A DNA stretch of 64,000 nucleotides, taken from IMG/VR virus record IMGVR_UViG_3300027317_000001, positions 1,898-65,897 of that record; one strand, 5' to 3'. Positions 54,825 to 64,000 of the stretch are shown one piece after another; positions within the stretch are counted from its first letter, which is position 1; every line of letters starts with the position of its first letter. The notes beneath the pieces were generated by a model. The model was not told the DNA's origin and searched no databases. It was given only the letters and a program-made list of their open reading frames with translations. Both the position numbers and the translations under genes were made by a program. The stretch comes from a virus.

Positions 54825-55538
54825 CTAATTATTCTGTGATTCGCTGATTTGCTGCTCTAGCTTTTCGACTTTCTTCGCGAGTTCTGAAACCGCAGCCCAT
54901 AGGATGCCGATCAAAGCCTGAGTGCTTACGTTCTCCCCAGATCGGGCGAGTTCAGGCAGGTCATCAAGCATTGGCCCAATCCGATCCCGCTGATCAGGGG
55001 AGTGTTCGTGCTTGTATTTCCACAGTTTTGCCGGGGCGTTCTTAACCGCCTCTACCGGGTCGAAATCCACATCACGGATATCGTGCTTCAAACCCGGGTT
55101 TGAAGCAACCTCAAACTCGCTCGCAACCGAGGGCACGTACCCGCTGCCGTTCGGACCCATGTTGTGAACCTTGCCCCCGGTGGTCACCACGGATGAGGAT
55201 GACCCGGTTACGGTGACAGTTGTGCCATCAATCGTGATTCTCCCGCTCGGGTTTTTTACGAGCATGTTTTCGGGGGCATTCCAGATAAACCCGCGCTTCC
55301 GGTCGTAAGGAATGTGATAGATTGGGTGCCGGAAGTCCCCGCCAAGGTAGCGAATCCACACCTTGTCACCCGGCTTCAAAGGGGCGAGGATCATAGAATC
55401 CGGTTCAGCCCACTCCGTCAGCTCTTCACCCTGAACATCGGGAACCCGGCACTCAACCCGATACCGGTTCTCCGGATCATTCGCTGAGTTCACAATGCCC
55501 CAGAAAACGCCTTCACGATCGCCATGCTGCATTCTCAT
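54825..55538 (-). CDS. baseplate spike (gp5/gpV OB-fold) with a C-terminal S74-like intramolecular chaperone
   Basis: GIV....DPE..YRV..VP, P.PGD.VW..Y.GGD..PI; S..LK.DI......WKYK..IGPM....L..AV.EL..KVE.LE. Confidence 0.8.
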   Translation of the reverse strand: MRMQHGDREGVFWGIVNSANDPENRYRVECRVPDVQGEELTEWAEPDSMILAPLKPGDKVWIRYLGGDFRHPIYHIPYDRKRGFIWNAPENMLVKNPSGRITIDGTTVTVTGSSSSVVTTGGKVHNMGPNGSGYVPSVASEFEVASNPGLKHDIRDVDFDPVEAVKNAPAKLWKYKHEHSPDQRDRIGPMLDDLPELARSGENVSTQALIGILWAAVSELAKKVEKLEQQISESQNN

Positions 55539-56680
55539 AGCGTGATATGCCTCATTACCGAAGACTTCCAGCCGTTATTGGACGGCGTGCAACTGTCATC
55601 AATCAACGGCACCGCCTTGTCTGAGAACTCGTAGTCCGTCTTAGTGTTCCGGGCGAGCTCTACCTGGGTGCTGAACACCGGGTACCCCAACCCAGTGACC
55701 TTGTAAGAGCGCAGGTAGTGGGATGCGGTGTTGATGACCCACACGCCCCGTAGCGGGTTTGGGATGGCCCGCCCCTTCAGCTCAATGGGCTGACCTGGGA
55801 CCAGTCTTGAGGAACCAACCAGCAAGGTTTTGGCCGTCACCCATTCCTGGGTCTTCGTGGAGTGCCCGCTCAACCGGTACTCCAGGTCAGCGAACGAGTC
55901 TGGGCGATCATCAGCCAGGTACAGGGCGCGGGCTTTAGCAGTGTCCTGTTTGCGGCTCGTGATCATCTTCCCGGATGCGTGATCGACACCATAGATGGCT
56001 CGCCGAAGCTGACGGCCGAAAGCCTCGGGCAAGTCACCACCGACCTGGGCTTCAAACCGCAGGATGTTCGTAGGACGAGTTGGATCCTTGTGGTGCTCGT
56101 ACGTGGGCGCGTACGGCATCTTCGCGGCCGCCCAAGCGGCCACGTCGATGAAATAGAGGACACCGTTCTCGATGTGGAGCTTCCGGCCGCTCTTCAAAGC
56201 CCGCTCGTGCAGGAAATCAAAATCACTCAAATTGTCCTGGTACAGGTACTTGTGCACGTAGCTGGTCTTGTGCACCACTGAACTCAGCCCGTGCTTTTGG
56301 GCGATCTCGCGAGCAATGCCCGAGTCCGTAATGTTCCGCCAAACCTTACGAACCTGGTCGGTGAGCAGGTAACCAGTCCCAACAAGCAGGTAGCGGATTT
56401 CCACGTTTCCAGGGCGCTGCGGGCTGGCAGTATCTACGTCAGCGTGGTGCACATACCCGTACCAGGTTGCTACCTCGTCTGGTTTATTGCCCCATTCAAT
56501 CTCGACCAGGCTGTCTTCCTCATATAGCCTTGGGTCATCCGCTTGATAGTACGGGATTTGTGCCCGAACGTGTGCAATAGTGTTCCAGCCGAGGTGCTGT
56601 TCGATCAGCACGTCGGCGGTGGTGGGATCCATTCTTTGCCCACCAATAGTTATCTTGAAATGGATGTTACGCCAGGACAT
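55535..56680 (-). CDS. baseplate hub (gpD/gp27-like)
   Basis: IA.KHGL, Q...SDFDFL..RA...G; position in the module. Confidence 0.8.
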   Translation of the reverse strand: MSWRNIHFKITIGGQRMDPTTADVLIEQHLGWNTIAHVRAQIPYYQADDPRLYEEDSLVEIEWGNKPDEVATWYGYVHHADVDTASPQRPGNVEIRYLLVGTGYLLTDQVRKVWRNITDSGIAREIAQKHGLSSVVHKTSYVHKYLYQDNLSDFDFLHERALKSGRKLHIENGVLYFIDVAAWAAAKMPYAPTYEHHKDPTRPTNILRFEAQVGGDLPEAFGRQLRRAIYGVDHASGKMITSRKQDTAKARALYLADDRPDSFADLEYRLSGHSTKTQEWVTAKTLLVGSSRLVPGQPIELKGRAIPNPLRGVWVINTASHYLRSYKVTGLGYPVFSTQVELARNTKTDYEFSDKAVPLIDDSCTPSNNGWKSSVMRHITL

Positions 56681-56933
56681 TCGGGATCCTGATCACCTGC
56701 CCGATCTTAAGATTCCATGGTTCAATAATTTCCGGATTGGCATCCAAAATGTACCACCACAAATCCTTATTCTTCAGAAATTTGTGCGCCAAAAAATCAA
56801 TCCGATCGCCTTCTTTGATTCGGTAGTACGTGAAGTTGAATGTCCAGTCCGGGTTTGGGCGGAGCTCACGACCGCGAACTACCCCGCCACGGAACGGCGA
56901 GGAAACCGGTGCTATACCCTCATAACGATTCAT
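56667..56933 (-). CDS. LysM/gpX-like baseplate protein
   Basis: YRIKEGDRIDFLA.......WW.I.DANP......L.IGQVIRIP. Confidence 0.85.
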   Translation of the reverse strand: MNRYEGIAPVSSPFRGGVVRGRELRPNPDWTFNFTYYRIKEGDRIDFLAHKFLKNKDLWWYILDANPEIIEPWNLKIGQVIRIPNVLA

Positions 56934-56946
56934 CGGATCCCTCCGA

Positions 56947-56982
56947 GGAGACCCCCGCCTTTAGGCGGGGGAGGAAGCCAAG
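56947..56982. mobile_element. IS605-type end hairpin remnant in the tail operon spacer
   Basis: CCCCCGCCTTTAGGCGGGGGAGGAAGCCAA between stop 56986 and the RBS of the next gene. Confidence 0.5.
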
Positions 56983-56985
56983 GCA

Positions 56986-57720
56986 TCACCAAGTCCAGAT
57001 TCTCTGGGTGAGCACGTGTGGCATACCTCGCTCGGTTCTACGCATCAGTCCCGACAGGTCTTGGCTCTGCTGACGGCTTCCACCACCACCACCACCGCCG
57101 CCACTGCTACCGGAGCTGCCTGAGCTCTCACCAGGTGCTTGAGTAGTCGGTGGCCTCAGGCGGGCGCTGATCTGCACACTGCACCGCATAGGAACCTGTT
57201 GAGATGAGAAAAGTTCCCACGTAATATCAAAATTCTCAATGAACCCGTAGAGTCTAAGTGCTCCCATGTTGTTAGAGAACACAAACCAAACGGGGGAATA
57301 CATCATGACCCCGTCACTATTCGCTGGGCGTGATTGATTATAAGAATCTTCCTTCAACCCAACGATCGCCTTCAGCACCTCGATATCATGTTGAACCCCG
57401 TTCGCCAGTGTTCCTTCATTAACTTCATAGGTGCGATCAAACATGATTGCGAAATTAATCCGCTGATTTGGCACTGTCACATAATTGCCTGAACCTCGCG
57501 GATCATTTCCGTAACTGATGTTGATATTATCAAGCGTCCCATCTATTCCATAACTCGTACTAATAGCGGATGGGTTATAGAGGAAGTTCAGCTTATGCTT
57601 TTCGCGAAGCGGGCTGGTACCGCTCTCATTGTCCGTCACAATGTATCCACGGGCAATGTTTCTAATACGGCCCATTGGGGCTATATTGAGCAGATTTCTG
57701 TGAGGCGGCATGTTTTCCAT
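56986..57720 (-). CDS. tail tube initiator/baseplate protein (CIS tube-like)
   Basis: FLYNPS.I, I.F..MFDR, V.M.C.V.I. Confidence 0.75.
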   Translation of the reverse strand: MENMPPHRNLLNIAPMGRIRNIARGYIVTDNESGTSPLREKHKLNFLYNPSAISTSYGIDGTLDNINISYGNDPRGSGNYVTVPNQRINFAIMFDRTYEVNEGTLANGVQHDIEVLKAIVGLKEDSYNQSRPANSDGVMMYSPVWFVFSNNMGALRLYGFIENFDITWELFSSQQVPMRCSVQISARLRPPTTQAPGESSGSSGSSGGGGGGGGSRQQSQDLSGLMRRTERGMPHVLTQRIWTW

Positions 57721-57723
57721 AAA

Positions 57724-60700
57724 TTACATCCCCTGAGCAATCCGCTTGTGCTGAAGCAAACGGTCAATCTCCTGCATGAGATCGCGGGCGAGTTGACGTG
57801 CAGCCTGCCGGGTGCCAAAGTTGCCGCCGGAGTTCGGGTTCGCGTTGATCGTGATCTGAATCGAGTTCGGACCGAATGTGATATTGTGGTTCGTATTATT
57901 CGTGGTCGTGTTGTGACTGACGTTCTCCCGGAGGAGCACGTCACGGATCTTCTCCGCCTGCTTGGCGGGAATGATCATCTCACCCTTGTGAACAACCGCT
58001 GGCTGATCGTGTGGGATTTCCCACGCGCCCCGGTCATACCAGTTCTTGGCAAGGTGGTGCGCCCACGCACGCTTTGGAGTCCCATAACGCTGGGCAATAT
58101 AGTTAAGACCCCACTCAATCTGAGCGCGAGGACTATTCTGCCACTTCGGGTCCAGGGCAACCTTATGCCCCGACCCGGGAGCCGGGTTAGCCTGAGGAAT
58201 ACCGTACGCCCCAGAACTCGGATTCCTGGCCTTATCGTTCCACCCCGACTCCTTCATCCACAGCATGTAGAGGGCGTCCCACTCATCATTAGCGTCCGTC
58301 CACCCCCGGGCATAAGCCATCTCCTTGCCCAGCTTGATATTCCGCCGAATACGGGCGCTCTTCGGAAGAGGCGGAATCTTGCCACGGACACCCTTACCAG
58401 CCTTGCCGGGAAGCAAGCCCTCACCTTCAGGAATCTGCGCGGCCCCGGTGTCCTTCTTCGTCTTCTCCTTCTTCGGTTTCTCCCGCGTGGACTCCTTGGT
58501 CTCCTCGTGCTGAGTGGACTCACCACCTACATTGATGAAATGTGATCGAAGAGGCGAGTTCGAACCGAAAATAGCTTCAACGATGTCGATCTCTTCGACA
58601 CTGCCAAGCTGGTTGGCGACACTGAACACAACGTTACCGGTGATCGGGTCACCGGACACCTCATCGCCACCAGTACCAGTCTGCTCAGTGGGAAGCTTTT
58701 CAACCTCTTCCTGCTGCTGCTTGAACTCGGCAGCACCAATACCGTTGGAAGCAGGTCCCGAGCTTCTGATGAATCGAAGAATCCTGTGAATACCCGAAGG
58801 CCACGCGCGAACCTCACGGATACGCTTACCCGTACCCGGTGCTTCGATATAGCTGCCACCGGTCCAAAGAGAAACGTGGCCACCAGCATTGGTGTAAATC
58901 AGGTCACCAGGAAGTACCGCCTTCCTGCTGATCGGAACATTCTGGGCTTTCGGATTCCTCAGCTGATCCCACGTGGTTCGGCCGATGTTTATATTTGCAC
59001 CAGTTTTATAGGCCATCCACACCAGGCCGCTACAGTCAAACCGGTCCGGCCCCGCACCACCCCACTGGTACCATTTACCAATCTGAGCACGAGCATAATT
59101 GATGACACGCGCAATAGTTGAAGCGCCACCAATTACATCATCCTGATTCCTGCTAGTCTTCTTGTCCTGAACGATCTTATCCCCGGATCCCTTGTTCTTC
59201 TTATCGGTTCTCTTAGGCTTTTGGTCACTCTTCCGGGAAGAACTGAGTGCTGAAGACAGAAGCGATTCGCCACCCTGGCTAGTAGAGTGGCGGTTACGCA
59301 TGTCATTAGCGTTGGAATACTGACCGGTGCGCCGGACCAGGTCAAGGACGTTCTGTGCGCTCTGCGAGGTGGGCTGCTGGTTTGAACCGGTGTCGAACTC
59401 ACCCCAGTTCAGCCAACCCAGGATGGTCCGCAGCGGGCGGCGCAGGAATTCCCAAAGACCACCCGACTTCGACAGGATACCCGTGGCGTCCTCGAGAGCC
59501 TTCCTGAAACTGTTTATGGCCTCGGTACCCTGCCGGGTTTCCTCGATTACCGCCTTCCACGATTCAATGAATTCCTTGTTGAGCTCGGCATCAAAGCTGC
59601 GCTCAATAGCCTGGATATCCTTCTTCTGCTGCAGAACGGTGTTAACCGGGATGTTGTAGCGTTGCAGAGTCTCGCGAGCTCGCAAAGCCTCGGGACCCGT
59701 TTGAGCAGCCTGAACCAGAAGGCGGTCAAACTCTTCACCGGAAAGTCCCGATGAGGTAGCGGTAGCGTAGGCGCGAGCGTACTCAGCAAACGCCTCAGCC
59801 GCCTCATCGCTGAGACCAAGCGCACGCAGGTTGAAATACAACGGCTGGCCCTGCGCTAGGGCAGCCTGAACACGCTTGGGATCCACACGGTCCGTGCCGA
59901 ACGTGCGCCGGAACAGTCTGCGCACGAACTCGGCATTACCAATATAGGCGTGGTCGCGAGTGAACAGCTCACCATAGCCGAGCAGTATGGCACGGTTAGC
60001 AACCCTGGGTGACAAAAGCTCAGCGATGACACGCATGGAGCGCTCATCGCCCATCGTCGAATTGATCATTGCCAGAGCCCGCCATGCCGCATCAACGCTG
60101 CGGTCACGGGCCGAGTCCAGGGACCAGCCGCCGGATACCCGCATACGAAGGAATTCGGCGGACAGCGTGTCTTCTAGCGACAATGCCGTAGCGGACCTGG
60201 CAGCCGTGTGCGGGCCGAAAACATTTCGCAACCACGTTTGGGACGCCTGCGAATACGGTAGCCCGGAACCGAGAGAGGCACTAGCAGCGGCAAGCTCCAT
60301 GAGCATCTGGGGCAGCCGCTCACGTTCACCAAAACGCCGAAGAGCGGACACCCCAGACAGCACGGCAGCAGTGCCGACATAACCGGCTAGAGCAGCCCGG
60401 CTGTGCCCACCATTACCAACCAAATTGATCAGACTGCCCCCACCCGACCCACCGGGTGGGAGAGCGGGAAAACCACCACCAGGCGGCAGACCACCACCGC
60501 CACCGTAACCACCGTGACCACCATTACCAGCCCTGGCTAGCAGGGAGCCAGGCTGCTGGGGCGAGCCACCCGGGGGGACTTTCGCAGCCCAATAAAAGGG
60601 CGGGGAACCACCACCCTGCCAGCTACCAGCACCACCAGCCGCGGGGGAGGAACCGTACCCGGTCGGCCCCTTTACATGACCCCCCAGCCCCTTACCCCCG

Positions 60701-60927
60701 TACATGGCCGTGATGGCGGCCTGAAGATTGGACTGGGGCTGACCAGAAGCACCCTTAGCTCCCCACGACATAAACGTCGTGGGGATCTTCTGAAACTGCT
60801 TCCCAAAGTTCTCGAATAGCTTATTAAGCTTATCGATCTGGGAAATCAGCTTATCAGTCTTACGGGCGCTCTGGTCAATACTCCACTGAAGCGGTCGCCA
60901 GCCCATCACTAGCGCTTCAGTTGCCAC
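57724..60927 (-). CDS. tape measure protein with NlpC/P60 and lytic transglycosylase domains
   Basis: YQWGG.GPD.FDCSGLV..GDL..HV; LW.KESGWN.KA.NPSSGAYGIPQA; AAAGGAG RBS favours GTG 60927. Confidence 0.9.
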   Translation of the reverse strand: MATEALVMGWRPLQWSIDQSARKTDKLISQIDKLNKLFENFGKQFQKIPTTFMSWGAKGASGQPQSNLQAAITAMYGGKGLGGHVKGPTGYGSSPAAGGAGSWQGGGSPPFYWAAKVPPGGSPQQPGSLLARAGNGGHGGYGGGGGLPPGGGFPALPPGGSGGGSLINLVGNGGHSRAALAGYVGTAAVLSGVSALRRFGERERLPQMLMELAAASASLGSGLPYSQASQTWLRNVFGPHTAARSATALSLEDTLSAEFLRMRVSGGWSLDSARDRSVDAAWRALAMINSTMGDERSMRVIAELLSPRVANRAILLGYGELFTRDHAYIGNAEFVRRLFRRTFGTDRVDPKRVQAALAQGQPLYFNLRALGLSDEAAEAFAEYARAYATATSSGLSGEEFDRLLVQAAQTGPEALRARETLQRYNIPVNTVLQQKKDIQAIERSFDAELNKEFIESWKAVIEETRQGTEAINSFRKALEDATGILSKSGGLWEFLRRPLRTILGWLNWGEFDTGSNQQPTSQSAQNVLDLVRRTGQYSNANDMRNRHSTSQGGESLLSSALSSSRKSDQKPKRTDKKNKGSGDKIVQDKKTSRNQDDVIGGASTIARVINYARAQIGKWYQWGGAGPDRFDCSGLVWMAYKTGANINIGRTTWDQLRNPKAQNVPISRKAVLPGDLIYTNAGGHVSLWTGGSYIEAPGTGKRIREVRAWPSGIHRILRFIRSSGPASNGIGAAEFKQQQEEVEKLPTEQTGTGGDEVSGDPITGNVVFSVANQLGSVEEIDIVEAIFGSNSPLRSHFINVGGESTQHEETKESTREKPKKEKTKKDTGAAQIPEGEGLLPGKAGKGVRGKIPPLPKSARIRRNIKLGKEMAYARGWTDANDEWDALYMLWMKESGWNDKARNPSSGAYGIPQANPAPGSGHKVALDPKWQNSPRAQIEWGLNYIAQRYGTPKRAWAHHLAKNWYDRGAWEIPHDQPAVVHKGEMIIPAKQAEKIRDVLLRENVSHNTTTNNTNHNITFGPNSIQITINANPNSGGNFGTRQAARQLARDLMQEIDRLLQHKRIAQGM

Positions 60928-61099
60928 GCGCTCTCCTTTCCGCACGCCAACGCGCCATCTCAAGGAAGAAGCGGCGCTCAGCCACGGTTAGTGAGCGCGC
61001 ATCCTCAAGCCGCCATCCCGGGTAAGCCACAATCAGTGATTCATAAACTGCGTAGAGCGCCGCAATATCAGTAGCGAAACAGTGCGTTAATTGCCACAA
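60917..61099 (-). CDS. tail assembly chaperone downstream ORF (possible frameshift extension)
   Basis: Y..L...YPGW.LED..SL...ERRFF; overlaps the upstream gene end in the +1 frame. Confidence 0.6.
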   Translation of the reverse strand: MWQLTHCFATDIAALYAVYESLIVAYPGWRLEDARSLTVAERRFFLEMARWRAERRARGN

Positions 61100-61925
61100 T
61101 AAAGTCCGAAGTGTGCCCGCAGTCCGGGCATGTGACCTTCACCTCATTCAACCTGGGGCCAGGACGCTTATTCGTGAGCTCGTCAAGGATCTTGGCCCGG
61201 TCCGCCAAACCGAGATCCCGCATGGCCTGCTTGTTGCCGTGCACCAGGCGCTCGTTACCTTGAGGGTCAATAAGCGCGAGCACGCATCGGGCAAGCCACG
61301 CGGTATCACGCTCTGCCGGGGTGAGCTTTTCCTGGCGTTCCAGGGCCATAATCGCCAGATGGTCGGCACCAGTAACATGACGAACTCGCGCCCGGCGGCC
61401 ATGCTTGAGCTCAACAAAGAACTCCAGATTCCCGGGATTCTCCGCCCGCACCACAGGAATCTCATCGATCGAAATCGTGAGCTCAAACTTGGCCCGACAC
61501 TGTTCGCAGGTATACTCCTCGTACTCGATTTCAGGGCCGTAGGTGACCTTACGGATTCCGAGCATGATGGCTTCACGGTCACCAAGGACCATGCGCTCAA
61601 CGAGTGCCTCGTCCGGCTCATGACCGCCGATGTCCACCAACCCGCCCAAAAGAAGCACGTTGAACATGCGCTCAGGGTTGTTGGACATCTGAGCGCGAGC
61701 CATCTGCTCCTCAACAGCCCCGGTAAGCTCCTTGACACGTGCCGTCCGAACAAGCTGCCCGTCAACCATAAGCCCGCACGGCAGCTCAACCTCATCCGGT
61801 TGCGGCTGCTCCATAACCGGAGGAGGCGTATCCGGGTTCAGCACCTTGTTCACTAGCGCGGCCGTGCGGGCCGGGTTGTCGGTAGCATTAATCAGCTCAG
61901 AAAACTCAGCCACTGTTTGCTCCAA
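61068..61925 (-). CDS. tail assembly chaperone/baseplate hub assembly protein (T4 gp51-like)
   Basis: VELPCG, VKELTG..EE, two CxxC, between tube and tape measure. Confidence 0.8.
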   Translation of the reverse strand: MEQTVAEFSELINATDNPARTAALVNKVLNPDTPPPVMEQPQPDEVELPCGLMVDGQLVRTARVKELTGAVEEQMARAQMSNNPERMFNVLLLGGLVDIGGHEPDEALVERMVLGDREAIMLGIRKVTYGPEIEYEEYTCEQCRAKFELTISIDEIPVVRAENPGNLEFFVELKHGRRARVRHVTGADHLAIMALERQEKLTPAERDTAWLARCVLALIDPQGNERLVHGNKQAMRDLGLADRAKILDELTNKRPGPRLNEVKVTCPDCGHTSDFIVAINALFRY

Positions 61926-61994
61926 TTCTTAAACCAGTCCTGAAACCAAATTATCGGGTTTTCTGATGTGATTTATAGCTACCGACAACCCTAC

Positions 61995-62561
61995 TTAGGC
62001 GGCGATGGCACCGCTAATGCGGACACCGGTGTTGTTCAGGTTGTCGGCAACCTGGAACCGGAAACCCTCGTGGACAATCGTCATCGACTGGACCACAACA
62101 CTCTGGGCACCAGCATCCAGGTCAGTGAACGAGATGGCGCTAGGCCAGGCGTTGTACAGGATGAAACTGGCCATGGGCACACCAACACCGCCCTTGACCG
62201 GGTGCGACAGAACATCCACCTGGATAGTGCCACGGAAATCGTTAGTGGAATCACCGACCGTGGTGCCCTCACCATTCATATAGTCGAACAGGTCGGTCAT
62301 CCACTTCATGAACCCGTTGTCACCAACGCACAGGCCGCGCGAGAAAGTCACGGGCGGGAAATCCGCCTGACCAGGCAGCTTGTGCGGGGTGGTGTTATAA
62401 CCACCCTCACGGTAGGGGATCACATCAATATTAATGCTCCCCAGACCGCTGACGCTCATGAACCCCATTCCGCCAAGCCCATAGGTGCTGGCGTTACCAA
62501 AGGTGACTCTGAACTTAAATGACCGCAGAGGGTCACTCTCAAGACGCTTAAGCTCAGCCAT
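61995..62561 (-). CDS. tail tube protein (T4 gp19-like)
   Basis: DPLRSFKF.V, YREGG....KLPG......VTFSRG, L.NAWP. Confidence 0.95.
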   Translation of the reverse strand: MAELKRLESDPLRSFKFRVTFGNASTYGLGGMGFMSVSGLGSINIDVIPYREGGYNTTPHKLPGQADFPPVTFSRGLCVGDNGFMKWMTDLFDYMNGEGTTVGDSTNDFRGTIQVDVLSHPVKGGVGVPMASFILYNAWPSAISFTDLDAGAQSVVVQSMTIVHEGFRFQVADNLNNTGVRISGAIAA

Positions 62562-62575
62562 TCAGCACTCCCCAA

Positions 62576-64000
62576 TTAGCGGCGAACAAACTCAGTGATC
62601 TCAGTGCCCTGATCCGTCTGGCCAAGGCGAATAACCACGAATTCGGCCGGGTAGCGAAGAGCCACCATGACCTCGACATTCACACGCCCGGCCGCCACCT
62701 CCGACGGCGGATTGATGTCCGCATCACATTTGACCGAGAAAGCCTCAGCCTCATTGGTGCCACCAAGAACACCAGCCCTGGCCAGGGTGCCGAGGTACTG
62801 GCTGACCCGAAGCGTGATTTCCTGCCAAAGGTCCGGCCCGTTCGGCTCAAACACCGCGAACCGCGTGAGATCAGACAGCTGCTTGCGCAGGTAAATCACG
62901 GTTCTGCGGGCGCTGATGTACCGCATGGGGAGCTCACGGTGCAGCGTCCGGCCACCCATGATGCAAATGCCGTAACCCGGCACGTTGCGAATGATATTGA
63001 TGTGGTTCTCGGCAGCCTCATCAAGCTCGGCCTGGCTAAACCTGGTCTCAGCCGCAACAACCCCATCGAGAACCGTCTCAACACCAGCCGGGGTCTTGCC
63101 CACGTGACGCACCGCGTCATTCCGGGCGAACTTAGCCAGAACAGCACCACCCGGCGGGATCATTCGCACCGCACCGTACATGCGGCTAGACGGGTCGGAA
63201 ATCATGATCCACGGGCCGTAAATCGCCGCATAGGAAGACGCCAGAAGCGGGGTAGCACCACTGACCATTGCGGTGTAACCGGTGAGCACCTGGCCACTGG
63301 TCGCGTTTTCCGCAGCGCGCGGCCCGTCAACAACAACAAAGACCTTCTTGGTCTCCTCAGCCCAGGCAATAACCTCGTTGAGGATCTGAATTGAGGTTTC
63401 ACCGGGCAGGTTCAGGTCAATATTGACATCCAGATCGGCCAGCTTCTTCGCGGCGGCGACGAAATCGTACGGACCCTCACCATCCTCGCCGCCGGAGAAG
63501 ACAGCGGTCTGAGCGGGCAGATAATCCGTGTCCGGGTTGTAGGTGTACTCCGGGTTCTCAACCTTGAGGTTGTACATACGGACCAGTCGTGACCCGGTGG
63601 CCGGGGAGTCAATAATGGACTCCATGTAGCGGCCGTCATTCGGGTCCGCGCTCAGGTCCTCAAACCGCTCAACCTCGACACCGTCCTCGAGGATGAAAAC
63701 GTTGAAGCGCCCGGAAGCACCAGTGGGAGTGATCCGGATACTGAGCTTGTTACCGAGGGAACCGGGTGCCTGCGCAACAAACCGGACAGCTGGCTGCGGG
63801 CCACCCTGATCAGCGGGGGTGTTGTCCGTAACAGTGGTCTCAGCCGGAACCGCGTCAGCGCGGACAGCGCGGACGATGTAGCACCGGGCACCACCGTTGC
63901 GGAAATAGGTGTGAACTGCGTACGGGAGATAGTTGCGCGGGCCAGCGAAACCGCCAAAGATCCGCTCAAACTGATTCCACGACGTAATCAGGGTTGGCTC
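62576..64000 (-). CDS. tail sheath protein (5' part outside the window)
   Basis: frame open to the window edge: PTLITSW.QF..IFGG..YAV..YF.NGG; C-terminal VFEPN..LW..I...V..YL. Confidence 0.95.
   Translation of the reverse strand, partial: EPTLITSWNQFERIFGGFAGPRNYLPYAVHTYFRNGGARCYIVRAVRADAVPAETTVTDNTPADQGGPQPAVRFVAQAPGSLGNKLSIRITPTGASGRFNVFILEDGVEVERFEDLSADPNDGRYMESIIDSPATGSRLVRMYNLKVENPEYTYNPDTDYLPAQTAVFSGGEDGEGPYDFVAAAKKLADLDVNIDLNLPGETSIQILNEVIAWAEETKKVFVVVDGPRAAENATSGQVLTGYTAMVSGATPLLASSYAAIYGPWIMISDPSSRMYGAVRMIPPGGAVLAKFARNDAVRHVGKTPAGVETVLDGVVAAETRFSQAELDEAAENHINIIRNVPGYGICIMGGRTLHRELPMRYISARRTVIYLRKQLSDLTRFAVFEPNGPDLWQEITLRVSQYLGTLARAGVLGGTNEAEAFSVKCDADINPPSEVAAGRVNVEVMVALRYPAEFVVIRLGQTDQGTEITEFVRR

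Noticed and set aside
63652-63969. Separate ORF upstream of the sheath gene
   Set aside because: It is an out-of-frame shadow; the sheath frame is open from 64000 to 62576.
1-64000. tRNA, rRNA or tmRNA genes
   Set aside because: No cloverleaf with T-arm GTTCRA and acceptor stem was recognised by eye. A tRNAscan/ARAGORN run would confirm.

Overview
This 64 kb window is an internal segment of a large lytic myovirus (contractile tail) of an actinomycete host. No capsid, portal or full terminase genes fall inside it. It has three blocks. (1) About 1-12.4 kb is a + strand mosaic of small early-type ORFs separated by conserved irregular stem-loops, with exact short duplications, a prophage-type terminase fragment and IS200/IS605 end remnants. 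(2) About 12.7-41.1 kb is mostly - strand and carries a degenerate TGT-like protein, a nucleotidyltransferase, a CHAP/PG-binding endolysin, SpoVS, a RuvC-like resolvase, a dNMP kinase, a Cas4-like nuclease, WhiB, RecA, class II RNR, a family A DNA polymerase, SSB, an SNF2 helicase, primase, DnaB, a DnaC-like loader and a replication initiator with internal iterons. Opposite-strand inserts interrupt it: a DUF397 module, a tnpB fragment, thyX and an HNH-helicase cassette. (3) About 45.7-64 kb is the - strand holin, tail, baseplate, tape measure, tube and sheath operon. The main candidates for new biology are: the structure-conserved hairpin family in front of the early genes; a roughly 170-nt ORF-less structured RNA with its own promoter and terminator (12.49-12.66 kb); several orphan TnpB omega-RNA/IS605 ends, two of which sit exactly on stop codons in a way that would be silent; a ~340-bp inverted iteron element; and a set of host developmental regulators (SpoVS, WhiB, DUF397/BldB-like). 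All protein assignments come from motif recognition by eye; no database searches were run.
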